Source of the DNA: Candidatus Iainarchaeum sp.
Lineage (GTDB): Archaea > B1Sed10-29 > WALL01
DNA: 64,000 nt
Direction of reading: 5' to 3'
NCBI GenBank assembly: GCA_023129115.1
Contig: JAGMCR010000015.1
Location: forward strand, 6,983 to 70,982
Under the pieces are notes generated by a model, which searched no databases, was not told the origin of the DNA, and saw only the letters and a list, made by a program, of their open reading frames with translations. Positions 47,236-57,102 of the stretch are shown piece after piece; position 1 is the stretch's first letter; the number at the start of each line of letters is the position of its first letter. The position numbers were made by a program, and so were the translations under genes.

Positions 47236-47837
47236 TTTTTCCTCTGGGACAGGGTAAATTTTACATAGTTGTATTCATCTATAACTTTAGCTAGTGGTGT
47301 TTGTTTACTCCGCCATAGCACGCCACCAAACTCCTCTTGCATTTCTTTGAGAAATCCCAAGTAATCATTTGCTGTGGGTTGTGATTTTTTTATTCCATAG
47401 TGTCGCCTGATATTGGTGTCCCACATTACGAAGAGGGCGGGGTTGAATATACTCATAACTTTGGAAGAGCCAGTGTATTTTACTCCCGGAACCTTGGAAA
47501 GCTCTGCATAAATCTTCTTGATATCGGAGCCCAAACCATCATTCTCATCGAGGTTAGCTGTTTGTAATGTTTCTTTTTTGAGTTTCTTGAAAATAGGAAG
47601 ACATGTCTTGATAGCATTTTCGAGTTGACCGAGAGTCTCTTTTTCAGAAGAGAGGTAATGGAACCGCGCTTTATTCCATGTGGCAAGTATCACTATGGCT
47701 GCTTGTAGGGGATAGTCCTCAACTGCCTCACAGGCAACGCAGTAAAAATTGACTCGTCCTTCTCTCTTAGTAAATTTTTTGTGGGCACTTTTTAAGGAAC
47801 CGCTAGTGTGTGGCATAGCCATCCAATACACGTCCAA
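47232..47837 (-). CDS. Hypothetical protein with HhH-like GVKYTGSSKV and WD motifs (possible DNA glycosylase fold)
   Basis: LATWN, VPGVKYTGSSKV...P.LFVMWD. Confidence 0.6.
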   Translation of the reverse strand: MDVYWMAMPHTSGSLKSAHKKFTKREGRVNFYCVACEAVEDYPLQAAIVILATWNKARFHYLSSEKETLGQLENAIKTCLPIFKKLKKETLQTANLDENDGLGSDIKKIYAELSKVPGVKYTGSSKVMSIFNPALFVMWDTNIRRHYGIKKSQPTANDYLGFLKEMQEEFGGVLWRSKQTPLAKVIDEYNYVKFTLSQRKK

Positions 47838-47876
47838 AACACTTAAATATAGCCCCGGGGTAGTTGATATCCACCT

Positions 47877-47995
47877 AGCTAAACGCGGGGGCGTTGGCGA
47901 GGGAGCTTGATGGGCTTGACGAGGGGCTGAGGAAGAAGCTGGAAAAACTTGAGGAGACTAAGGAGAGTAAGGCTGTTAGGGTGGTTAGAAAATGA
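47877..47995 (+). pseudogene. Longer relic of the RecB-like 3' end, preceded by a copy of the anchor promoter
   Basis: LNAGALARELDGLDEGLRKKLEKLEETKESKAVRVVRK*; CCAAAACACTTAAA at 47834 as at 42115. Confidence 0.85.
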
Positions 47996-50900
47996 CTGAG
48001 AAAGAACAACTGGCCGGGGAGCCCTTATTTAACAAGTTAGTTGTTGAATTTCAATTGCGGAGTTTTGATAGACCTCTACATTCCTTTGGAAAAGAGCAAA
48101 AAACTGAATATGAATTATTTAAATCGACGGTTCTTGATGATTTGCCAGAAGTTCTGATGGGAGATATTGGGAAAGAGAACCCAACCGTCATAGCCCAGTA
48201 TCTGTCTGGGACAGAGGAGAATGTTAAGAATAAAGTGATAGAACCTTTACTATGCCAGTTTTTAGGGTTTAAGAAAAAACAATTTCAGTATGAACCTGCA
48301 GTTAGAATGGAAGATGGAACAGGCCATATAGATATCGTAATCAACGTAGATCCAAAATACAAGATATTAGTAGAAACAAAGAGTTGGAGGACTGATCTCA
48401 ATAAACGGGTGGGAAAATACAAGAAAAGTGCCATCGTCCAAGCATTTGAGTATGCTGAAGCACACGGGATCAATTGGGTAGTTGTGACAAATGGCTATGA
48501 ACTGCGGCTATATAATCGTAAAGAAGGTAGTACAAAATATGAGAAGTTCCTTTTAGATGATCTAAACAACCCTCTGGCAGTTGGTAGAACATCGGCTTTC
48601 CATCCTAAGAGAGTTTATACCCTATTATCCAATGAGTCTTTTGTTAGCCGAATCCAAGATAAGATATTGGAGCAAAGTGAGGAACACCTAAATGATTTAG
48701 GGGAATACATCTATGAAGTGATAAAGGAACTACGGAATGAATTGGCTAATAACATACTCCGTAAAGACAAACAAATAATCCAGAGGTATATGGAATCTTC
48801 AGGACTAACTGAAAAGCAGAGTAATCAGCTTGTTTTGGATATAATACAAACGTTCATAGATAGATTAATCTTCATTCGCTTTGCAGAGGGCAGGGGGCTT
48901 CTACCTGAACCCTATGACGCAAACTTTACAGCTCACTTAAAGGAGCTCTGGCAGACAGCAAGAGCGGATATACCAGATTTAACGTTTTTTGATTACCTAA
49001 GAAAACTATTTAGAAAGATTGATGAAGGCAACTTCAAAGACCCAAACCGGCGATTCTTTGGCTATAATGGTGGACTTTTTGCCCCTAACACCATTCTAGA
49101 CAATCCCCACTTCCAGATAGACGACCACGTAGTTTGGGATGTCATATTGAGATTAAATAAATATGCGCCGAAAAAAAAGACAAAAAAGATTAAACATTTG
49201 ATGTTAGAAAAAAATGAGAAGATCAACTTCTCTGAAGTTCCAGTGGAGGTTCTTGGACATATTTATGAAAAGTACTTAGGTCTATCCATTGACCTAGATT
49301 GGAAGAGTATCCACCCCAAAGTCATAATCGACGAGACTAAAGAAAAAAGAAAGGAAGCTGGAGTGTATTACACGCCCAAACATATCACAGAGTACATAGT
49401 TAAAAATACTGTTGGAAGCTTTTTGAAAGAAAATCTAGATAGGTTAGATAACATAAACGTGGTCGATCCAGCTTGTGGTTCTGGGACCTTTTTGCTAAGC
49501 GCTTACGAATATTTGTTTGATAACCAGATTGAAACAACCGCTCTTTCAGATAAGTCACTTAAAAGTTACGTTGTCAGAATCAAAAAACTAATCAAGATAC
49601 TCAGTCAAAGAGATACCGCCATCAAAGACAAGGAAAAACTTGCGGAAAAGGTTGGCCTTTCTTTGTTCGAAATAAACAATACTATCCAAGACCTGCTCGG
49701 AAAGAACATTCTTCTTATAAGCCCAGACGGGTATTATCGACTATCCCCCAAAATGTATGATAAAGAGATGATAAACGAGGACTTACTAACGCAGTATTTG
49801 AAAAGTAAGTTACGTTTCCTTGCTTTAGATATGGTTACAAACAAAAAAAAGGTGCACATAAACGAACATATACTGAAAACTAATCTTCATGGGGTGGATC
49901 TCCAATCTCGTGCTGTTGAAATAACAAAACTGAGCTTATGGCTTAAAACGGCGATCAAGAACGCAAAACTCATAAATCTTGGCACGCAGATTCTAGAAGG
50001 TAACTCTCTGATAACGGGTGTTGAAGGCCCAGAGGAACTGAAGCAGTTCAAAACGGAACTAAATGAAATAATTAAATTAGAAGAACATCTTGAAAGCTTA
50101 GATGAAACAAAAGAGTCTCACCAAAAAATACGCAAACTAGTCAATGAAATAAAATCTGATAAGAAAGAACTTGTTGAGTTATTGGATAAAAACCTTGTTA
50201 AAGAGGATGACGAAGGTTATTTTGACAATATAAAAAACATAAAACCGTTTGACTGGGAAGTTGAGTTTCCGACCGTATTTGATGATGGGAATAATCCCGG
50301 ATTTGATGTTGTTATTGGTAACCCACCATATAGCGCTAAGTTGTCTAAAGCGGAAAGAGGCTATATACGGGATACTTACCCCGCAACAAAAGGAAACACG
50401 GATACAGCTATAGCATTTATCAACCATGCGTATACCTTATTAAAAAAAGGTGGTTATCTCGGTTTTATTGTGCCAAAATCGCTTTTGTACAGTGATACGT
50501 GGGTGGCATGTCGAGAGTTTATTTTACCGGATCTAGTGAAACTGGTCGATGTTAGCAAGGCTTTTGAGGGTGTCCGGCTTGAACAAGTTATTATAATCCT
50601 AAAGAAAGGCAGTGCTTCAAAGACTTACGCAATTGAATTTTTGGGTTCCACAAAACATCACGAAATAAAAAAGAGCAACTTGAAGAAATTCGGTATAATC
50701 CTTAATGAGATTGGACAAGACGAATTAAAACTCGGCCTGAATCTTTCGGGTAAAGCTAGACTCTCTGACGTTGCTGATTTAGAACGCGGACTGGGCCTAC
50801 AAGATGAGCTCTCTCAGACAGGATCTAAACGGATTTATGGTGGTTCCAGTGTTGGGAGATTCTTACTAAAACCTACGGATAGGTTCATAAGCAGCACTAC

Positions 50901-51405
50901 CTACGCAAAACATGCGAATAAACTACGTGTACAAGAAACTCCTAAGGTTATAATGCAGAACATCGTTGCCCACGTAACCAAACCGAAGGACCACTTGCTG
51001 TTTATCTCAACATTTGATTATGAGGGGATCTTAACTTTAGATACGGTTGTGAACATCAGTCCCAAAGCGGATTTCGACCCGTTTGTTTTAGTGGGAATAC
51101 TCAATTCTAAACTATTTTCTTGGTATGCGTACCGATTCATTTACGCCAAAGCAATAAGAAATATGCATTTTGACAAATGCCATCTGAATAAATCGCCTTT
51201 GTGTAAGCTCCCAATCAACAAAAGAGTTTATAACCGATTGAGATCTTTGGTTGATGAATGCTGCACTATAGGGAAAAATGGTCAAATCCCCAAAAATCTT
51301 GAAGAAGAATGGTCTACAAAAGAAAAGGAAATAAACGAATTAGTTTATGAGGCGTATGGGCTTGGTAGAGAGGACAGCAAAATTATAGAGCGTAGTTTCC
51401 GTTAA
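47992..51405 (+). CDS. Type IIG/IIL-like restriction-modification enzyme (endonuclease + N6-adenine MTase + TRD)
   Basis: HIDIV..LVETK..QA.EY..TNG; YNGGLF; GVYYTP; VDPACGSG; GFDVVIGNPPY; GILNSK. Confidence 0.9.
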   Translation: MTEKEQLAGEPLFNKLVVEFQLRSFDRPLHSFGKEQKTEYELFKSTVLDDLPEVLMGDIGKENPTVIAQYLSGTEENVKNKVIEPLLCQFLGFKKKQFQYEPAVRMEDGTGHIDIVINVDPKYKILVETKSWRTDLNKRVGKYKKSAIVQAFEYAEAHGINWVVVTNGYELRLYNRKEGSTKYEKFLLDDLNNPLAVGRTSAFHPKRVYTLLSNESFVSRIQDKILEQSEEHLNDLGEYIYEVIKELRNELANNILRKDKQIIQRYMESSGLTEKQSNQLVLDIIQTFIDRLIFIRFAEGRGLLPEPYDANFTAHLKELWQTARADIPDLTFFDYLRKLFRKIDEGNFKDPNRRFFGYNGGLFAPNTILDNPHFQIDDHVVWDVILRLNKYAPKKKTKKIKHLMLEKNEKINFSEVPVEVLGHIYEKYLGLSIDLDWKSIHPKVIIDETKEKRKEAGVYYTPKHITEYIVKNTVGSFLKENLDRLDNINVVDPACGSGTFLLSAYEYLFDNQIETTALSDKSLKSYVVRIKKLIKILSQRDTAIKDKEKLAEKVGLSLFEINNTIQDLLGKNILLISPDGYYRLSPKMYDKEMINEDLLTQYLKSKLRFLALDMVTNKKKVHINEHILKTNLHGVDLQSRAVEITKLSLWLKTAIKNAKLINLGTQILEGNSLITGVEGPEELKQFKTELNEIIKLEEHLESLDETKESHQKIRKLVNEIKSDKKELVELLDKNLVKEDDEGYFDNIKNIKPFDWEVEFPTVFDDGNNPGFDVVIGNPPYSAKLSKAERGYIRDTYPATKGNTDTAIAFINHAYTLLKKGGYLGFIVPKSLLYSDTWVACREFILPDLVKLVDVSKAFEGVRLEQVIIILKKGSASKTYAIEFLGSTKHHEIKKSNLKKFGIILNEIGQDELKLGLNLSGKARLSDVADLERGLGLQDELSQTGSKRIYGGSSVGRFLLKPTDRFISSTTYAKHANKLRVQETPKVIMQNIVAHVTKPKDHLLFISTFDYEGILTLDTVVNISPKADFDPFVLVGILNSKLFSWYAYRFIYAKAIRNMHFDKCHLNKSPLCKLPINKRVYNRLRSLVDECCTIGKNGQIPKNLEEEWSTKEKEINELVYEAYGLGREDSKIIERSFR

Positions 51406-51484
51406 GTATCCAGAGCTGGCACTCTATAATGAGCAGTTTGTATAAATGAGATTGCCGATATTTTTCGCCTTTTTGCATAGAGCT

Positions 51485-51775
51485 TCACAATATACCTTTT
51501 TTCATTGCTTTCTTAACTAACTGCTTTGCTATCCGCTTATCACAAGACAAGGGCCTCTGGCCGTAGATCCAGTGGTTTTTTCCTTCTGGTTTAACCCAAT
51601 AAGTAAATCGGACTCCAGTTTCTCCTTCATCCCATTTTATTAGCTGTATCTTACGCTTAAACGTTCCTTCGCCGGGATAGGACGTTGTATGCTCTACTTC
51701 ATCCAACACGGTGCCTTGAACTAATTCACCACTGAGAGCAGTATACTCCGTACGGTCACCAATAGTTTGCACCAT
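51485..51775 (-). CDS. Hypothetical protein
   Basis: 96-aa ORF with plausible composition. Confidence 0.65.
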   Translation of the reverse strand: MVQTIGDRTEYTALSGELVQGTVLDEVEHTTSYPGEGTFKRKIQLIKWDEGETGVRFTYWVKPEGKNHWIYGQRPLSCDKRIAKQLVKKAMKKGIL

Positions 51776-51817
51776 AAAACTAATTAAAGCGAACAGAGTT
51801 ATATTCCTATCGGTAGC

Positions 51818-51898
51818 CTAGCAATACGCCGCCCGCCTATACCCCTTATACCCCCTATCCCGCCCTCTCGAAGCAAAGCTGGTTTTCCTGCTTTAGCC
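51818..51898 (-). pseudogene. Relic of the 3' end of the Ada-domain gene (54986)
   Basis: KQENQLCFE...GYRRAAYC* vs KPENRIYFD...GYRKALVC*. Confidence 0.7.
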
Positions 51899-51956
51899 TT
51901 GGGAGAAATCTTGGGTTTGAACATAGGAATAAAAAGTAGTTTGGGGTGGATAACTT

Positions 51957-52730
51957 GTGTTAAATGAACTGGAAGAGTACTATAAGGGCCAAGGCATATA
52001 CTCTATTGGTTTCCATTGTAAACATCTTGAGTCATGCCTCTCAAAAGTAGATAACCCCCATGAGTTCACTAAAGGTAAAGCTGCTTATGTAGGCCAAAAA
52101 TATGAAGAGGGGCTCGTGCCCCGGCTGCTCTTCTTATCACTAGATGCAGGCGCACAGAACGAAGATCCTGTCAAACGAACACTTATTGGGGTTAGGGGAG
52201 AAACTGAAAAAAACCCCTTAACTGATGGCAAACACAAACACTGGTATAAAACACATGAATTTGCTTGTAGTGTGTTTAATGAGCTTTGTGGTGAAAAACG
52301 GTTTGGTGTACACCAAATAAAACCGTATTTTGCTCATACTAATAGTGCCAAATGTTGTATGAATAACCCCCATAATGCGGAAGCAAACTCTACTTTGTTC
52401 CACAATTGTAGGGAGTATATCCTGCCTGAAATTGAAATCTTGGCACCAGAAGTGGTTGTAACACAAGGGAATCGCGCGTGGGACGTCATTGCCACAGAAT
52501 TAAACAAGAAAATAACTCCATTATCAAAAGAGATGAACCTATCCCACAACCCAGACTACGATTTAAGAGAGATTGAGTACCCAAAAAATAAAAGAGTTAT
52601 GTGGGTTCATCACTACCACCCCCGCAGTGGGAGGTACTTTGCTAAAAATCTTGAGAAGTATGAAGTATATGCAAAAGAAATCGCTACTTTTTTAAGAAAA
52701 CATTATCCAAAAAAAGTTAAGAATGTGTAG
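51957..52730 (+). CDS. Uracil-DNA glycosylase superfamily-like protein
   Basis: YVG..Y..RLLFL, TNSAKC, NCREYI..EIEILAPEVVVTQG, HYHP. Confidence 0.75.
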   Translation: MLNELEEYYKGQGIYSIGFHCKHLESCLSKVDNPHEFTKGKAAYVGQKYEEGLVPRLLFLSLDAGAQNEDPVKRTLIGVRGETEKNPLTDGKHKHWYKTHEFACSVFNELCGEKRFGVHQIKPYFAHTNSAKCCMNNPHNAEANSTLFHNCREYILPEIEILAPEVVVTQGNRAWDVIATELNKKITPLSKEMNLSHNPDYDLREIEYPKNKRVMWVHHYHPRSGRYFAKNLEKYEVYAKEIATFLRKHYPKKVKNV

Positions 52731-52752
52731 AACGAAACGGCTCAATGATGGC

Positions 52753-52783
52753 CTAAGACCACGCCGCCTTCCTATAGCCCTGA
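52753..52783 (-). pseudogene. Short relic of the Ada-domain gene 3' end (GYRKAAWS*)
   Basis: Matches 52973-53000 and 54986-55013. Confidence 0.6.
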
Positions 52784-52795
52784 AGCGATTTTGTT

Positions 52796-52933
52796 TCATG
52801 CTTCATTGAGGGCGTCTTTTAATTGTTTCAGGCAGCCATCACAAAGGAGTATGTTACCTACTTTATGACCCATAGTCCCCTCATCATCTAGTTCATCCAT
52901 AACTACATCATCACAAAACGCACATTTGGACAT
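52796..52933 (-). CDS. Small Zn-finger protein (45 aa; absent from ORF track)
   Basis: MSKCAFC...LCDGCLKQLKDALNEA; TTTAAATA upstream. Confidence 0.6.
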   Translation of the reverse strand: MSKCAFCDDVVMDELDDEGTMGHKVGNILLCDGCLKQLKDALNEA

Positions 52934-52972
52934 GAACAGACTTTACACTAAAGTATATTTAAAGTTGACTGT

Positions 52973-53055
52973 TCAACACCACACCGCCTTCCTATACCCC
53001 TCACCCTCCGCTTGTTGAGCCGTCTCGAACCAAACCCTGTTCTCCGGCTTAATCC
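52973..53055 (-). pseudogene. Relic of the Ada-domain gene 3' end
   Basis: IKPENRVWFETAQQAEGEGYRKAVWC* vs IKPENRIYFDNTVEAEDAGYRKALVC*. Confidence 0.85.
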
Positions 53056-54905
53056 TTAACCCTTTGATTTAAGTTTTTTACAAACTCGACATAAAGTGGG
53101 TATCTTTCTTTTACTTGGGAGATACTTTTATTTTTGATGTCCAAAATAACCGCTCTCACGATTTGTTTCTTTAACTCTTCAAGACGCCCATCTGTATGGA
53201 TTTTTTCTCGTTTTTTTATCGTTTTTATGTGACTAAGAATCGCTGCATCACCCGGAGAATTAAACGTATATCCGTACAGTTTATTTGCAAGGGATAGGAC
53301 AATCTCCTCAGGTAATAAGTCCTCTGTAGTAGCTTTAGGTTTAGGTACGTCAACGAGGTCCTTTAATTCAAAAGTCTTGTTTTTGAAGGCTGTGTCGGTA
53401 GTGACAATAGTTCTTTTGACACCTTGACCGTCTTTATCTGAGTCAACTACTACAAACCCTTTCACTAATTTTTGATCAAAGAACTTGGCGTATCTAGGTA
53501 TTTGTTTTACTCCCGTTGCAAAGATTGTTTTTATTCGAGAGGGTTTAATCTTAGTTTTAAATTTCCGGGTGAATGTATCAAATAAGTCTTTATCAATTCT
53601 TCCTTCAAATATGATGACATTTGGCTCAATGAGTTCATAAATCGTTGTACCGAGTGCTTCGTATATTACCTCTTCTTGGAGGGGGTCGTCTCTACTAACT
53701 CTCTGGATTTTGGTTTCGCCGTTTTCCTTAATCACGTTATAATGGCGGTCTATGTCTTTTTTATCTACCATAAATATTGAATGTGATGCGCAAAATACTA
53801 TGTTATTTTTCGCTATATTCAGTAGTTCATCTCTAAGGTATCTCACGCTACTAGGATGTAAACTTCTTTCAGGTTCGTCAAGAAGGATGACTTTATTTCT
53901 CAGTTGGTTTATTTTGTTCTCAACTGAAAGAGTAAGTAGTATAGATATAAAATGCTGGAAACCATCACTCCGCTGTTTCATAGTAAACTTTGGCGTGACG
54001 TTATCTTTATCTTCTACAAAGACAATACATTGATTATTCGCTTCGAACCTTAGGGATATGTTAATCTTGTGTTCTGGCCATAACTCGTTTAAGTGTTTGG
54101 TTATCGCTTTTGATAATATCCCTTCCATTTCAGCTCTATCTCCAGGACTTTTTTGTATCCGGTCTAGATTAGTGATTAAGGCCTCCCCCTCAAAACCCGC
54201 TAAGTGGAAAATATTCCTCAGAGGGATAGAAGTGTCTAGATTCTGTCTAAATTGCTCTAGATTAATTGGTTCATTTATTAAGTGTTTGGGGTCTGGTTTC
54301 CATAGAATCACTTCAGGCAGTAGGGCATCTAACTGTCCGCCTATTTGGGGTCCAACATTCTTACTTAAAATAGCTTCATCAAGCTTAGTATACCTATCAT
54401 CTAAAGGGTCATTTAAACGGTTTAAAATCTCCTTAGACTCATCGGACTTATCCAACGAAACTTCAAGCGAGATCTTATTCTTTTCGCTATCGTAAATAAA
54501 GTGGTCGTATTTGATTCCTCCAAAATGGAGGTTGTAACTGTCTTCCTTTTTCGAATTTTTATCAAATGAAACTAGTTTTTCAACTCCAGTTATCTTAATT
54601 TGCCGACGTAGCGAAGGAGGCCCATCAATCTTTTCAACAATCTTGGGGAGATCACCATCTTCTAATCCGAAAAGATAGTTTAGTTCAACCTTTTCGTTTT
54701 GAGAACGGGCTTTTTTGTTGCAGTCAACATCGTATTGGAAGTCTAATCCGCTCTGTAGGAGGCTTATGGCTCGCAGAATATTGCTTTTACCTGTTCCATT
54801 TATACCAAAAAACATGAAGCACTTTTTGTCAGCTATTTCTTCGATACTCACCTCTAAATCCTTTACACAACGATAATTAGATATCGTAATTTTCTTAAGT
54901 AACAT
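53049..54905 (-). CDS. OLD-family ATP-dependent nuclease (ABC ATPase + TOPRIM)
   Basis: GINGTGKS, RSDG, LLDEPERSLHP, ASHS, FEGRID, VDSD. Confidence 0.9.
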   Translation of the reverse strand: MLLKKITISNYRCVKDLEVSIEEIADKKCFMFFGINGTGKSNILRAISLLQSGLDFQYDVDCNKKARSQNEKVELNYLFGLEDGDLPKIVEKIDGPPSLRRQIKITGVEKLVSFDKNSKKEDSYNLHFGGIKYDHFIYDSEKNKISLEVSLDKSDESKEILNRLNDPLDDRYTKLDEAILSKNVGPQIGGQLDALLPEVILWKPDPKHLINEPINLEQFRQNLDTSIPLRNIFHLAGFEGEALITNLDRIQKSPGDRAEMEGILSKAITKHLNELWPEHKINISLRFEANNQCIVFVEDKDNVTPKFTMKQRSDGFQHFISILLTLSVENKINQLRNKVILLDEPERSLHPSSVRYLRDELLNIAKNNIVFCASHSIFMVDKKDIDRHYNVIKENGETKIQRVSRDDPLQEEVIYEALGTTIYELIEPNVIIFEGRIDKDLFDTFTRKFKTKIKPSRIKTIFATGVKQIPRYAKFFDQKLVKGFVVVDSDKDGQGVKRTIVTTDTAFKNKTFELKDLVDVPKPKATTEDLLPEEIVLSLANKLYGYTFNSPGDAAILSHIKTIKKREKIHTDGRLEELKKQIVRAVILDIKNKSISQVKERYPLYVEFVKNLNQRVKD

Positions 54906-54985
54906 GCCCTACACCCTGCCTTCAAACGTTAGCATTCTTTCTAAAAAAGCGTATTTATAATTGTTTGTTACTCCTTGCCGAGGGT

Positions 54986-55204
54986 TTAACAAACCAAAGC
55001 TTTCCTATACCCCGCATCTTCTGCCTCAACAGTGTTATCAAAATAGATTCGATTCTCCGGCTTAATCCTATTAGCATACATGCACCCCGGCCGGTGATAA
55101 ACGTCCGAGTTCTTGCTGCCCACGAACGGGCCTTCGTAGGTCAAGTCATCCCACTGCAGGGCGAGGACGAGGAGCACAACGACAAAGACAAGCCACAGCT
55201 TCAT
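54986..55204 (-). CDS. Small protein with Ada metal-binding-like domain and N-terminal TM/signal
   Basis: FVGSKNSDVYHRPGC...I..ENRIYF....AEDAGYR. Confidence 0.8.
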   Translation of the reverse strand: MKLWLVFVVVLLVLALQWDDLTYEGPFVGSKNSDVYHRPGCMYANRIKPENRIYFDNTVEAEDAGYRKALVC

Positions 55205-55373
55205 TCCTTGACCCCCGCGATTTTCTCGAGCGCCACGGCTATGCGCTCAAGCAGAGAAAGGGCTTTTTTGGCGAAGGAGAGGCGGTTGGGGTCTGTCATG
55301 GCACCACTATTGCACTATACAGTACAATATTATACAATACACTATATTTAATGATTTCGGTTAAGCCTTTCCG

Positions 55374-55619
55374 ATGAGAAAAAAGCGTAGCAGCATGGAG
55401 ATAAAGAGGGTAATCCTAGAGACGCTCAGTAAGCAGAATGAGCTCTCGTTTTATGCCTTGGCGAAGGCAGCAAAAACCGGCTTCAGGAGCATCAAAAATA
55501 ACTGTGAAGAGCTCCAAGCAACAGGAGACATAAACATAACCAAAATTGGGGCAAGGCCGTTCTATTTTGTCTCTATAACAAAGAAGGGAAAAACTACGTT
55601 GAAACACTTGAAGAAATAA
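55374..55619 (+). CDS. Winged-HTH regulator
   Basis: RSSMEI..IL..L...SFYALAKAAKT...ITKKG. Confidence 0.8.
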   Translation: MRKKRSSMEIKRVILETLSKQNELSFYALAKAAKTGFRSIKNNCEELQATGDINITKIGARPFYFVSITKKGKTTLKHLKK

Positions 55620-55665
55620 AATGTTTAAACTCGATTTTTTATACTACAGAACTCCAATAAGGACT

Positions 55666-56157
55666 ATGCCCTGCAAACCGGATTTAACCCTCTTGATTGG
55701 ATTGGTGGCTATTGTTTTAGCAATCAGCATTTATCTGAATACTCTTGCCTTTAACGATTTTGAGTCAGCAAACCACAAATGCCAGGACACTAAAGTCACA
55801 GATTGCTTTAAGACTCATAATCTGACAAAGATTGCTAATGGAGTATTGGGTTTGCAGAGGGTATTTCATACTCTTTTCTTCATTGGTGTTATAGCCTTGG
55901 TCTTGAAAGTCAGTGACAGACCAAGGGAAGGACATGATGCCAGTTTGGCAAAAAGTTCAGAAGACTGTTACATTCGCTTGGTGTTCTGTGCCATGGCCTT
56001 ATGGGCTTGTTTCCTGTTCCTACAAGAACTATTGCAACAAAATCTGTATCCCTCACTAGCAATACTTGACGGATTATCTTCGTCAATTGTATTAGTCTCC
56101 GCTTACAGTGCTATTTCTCTTTTTCTGCTGTGCGGGGATGTAAAAAAAGATTGTTGA
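55666..56157 (+). CDS. Membrane protein
   Basis: About 4 hydrophobic segments. Confidence 0.6.
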   Translation: MPCKPDLTLLIGLVAIVLAISIYLNTLAFNDFESANHKCQDTKVTDCFKTHNLTKIANGVLGLQRVFHTLFFIGVIALVLKVSDRPREGHDASLAKSSEDCYIRLVFCAMALWACFLFLQELLQQNLYPSLAILDGLSSSIVLVSAYSAISLFLLCGDVKKDC

Positions 56158-56302
56158 ACGGACCACTCAGAAGACTAAGTCGTTTAAGGGGATGAGTGAG
56201 TGTGTGGCTGAGGCGTTGGGGGAGTGGTTGGATAGGAACAAGTAAGCCTCAGACAGTAAAAACGAAGAGGATATTAAGCATGCCCTCGTAAGTAATACAC
56301 CC

Positions 56303-56980
56303 ATGTTCAATATAGAAGAAGAAAACATAAAACTAACGCGACACGGAATGCCAGATTTAATTGAAACTACAAAAGGCACAACCCGTTACCTCAAAAAAAC
56401 GTATGGGGACGCAAAGAAGAAAATGCGGATAGACGATCCTTTTTTTATTGCTTTTAGTTACTTTCTCCTTGTACCTATGTATGCCCGATCAGCATATGAA
56501 CAAGCACTTTTAGGGCGTTATGCTGTTTCTCTCAATAACACCCGTTTCATTTTTGAAACAGCGTGTATGATGCGGCATTACCGAATCCGCCCAACTACTT
56601 TTAAAAGATGGTTAAAAGAAGAAAAGAGATATGGGCAAGTATACCAAGGCCTGATTGGTGATGCAGAGGTTGACGCTAATTATCGAGAGTTTTACGTCTT
56701 CTTATGTGATCATTGTCATCCTACCCGCCAAACCCTAGCCCCATTCTTCAGAAAAGATTCCAAAACTAGAAAGATTATCTACGAACCATTCCACAGATTT
56801 GACGAAAAAAAGGCGATTGTGTCTTTGATTAGCTTACTAAAAAGCTGTGTCTATGTCATTAAAGAGTGTAGATATGTATTATTCCAAGAAAGTGACGAGG
56901 GGTTTGACACAACGACAAAGGAGATACTTAAGGATATAAAAGAAAAGGGAGAGATATATAAATATGCATACAAAAATTAG
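56303..56980 (+). CDS. Hypothetical helical protein, possibly HEPN-related
   Basis: R.IFE and Y..LCDHCHP patterns. Confidence 0.6.
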   Translation: MFNIEEENIKLTRHGMPDLIETTKGTTRYLKKTYGDAKKKMRIDDPFFIAFSYFLLVPMYARSAYEQALLGRYAVSLNNTRFIFETACMMRHYRIRPTTFKRWLKEEKRYGQVYQGLIGDAEVDANYREFYVFLCDHCHPTRQTLAPFFRKDSKTRKIIYEPFHRFDEKKAIVSLISLLKSCVYVIKECRYVLFQESDEGFDTTTKEILKDIKEKGEIYKYAYKN

Positions 56981-56992
56981 GTTATCAACCAC

Positions 56993-57100
56993 ATGGACCA
57001 AAAACTCGTGGACTGGATTGATGACCAGGTCAAGCAGAAGGCCTACGCCAATAGGAGCCATGCGATTGAACGGATTGTTTGGGAGAAGAAAGAGGGATAA
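56993..57100 (+). pseudogene. Ribbon-helix-helix (CopG-like) gene remnant
   Basis: MDQKLVDWIDDQVKQKAYANRSHAIERIV; N-terminal strand absent or out of frame. Confidence 0.6.
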
Positions 57101-57102
57101 CA

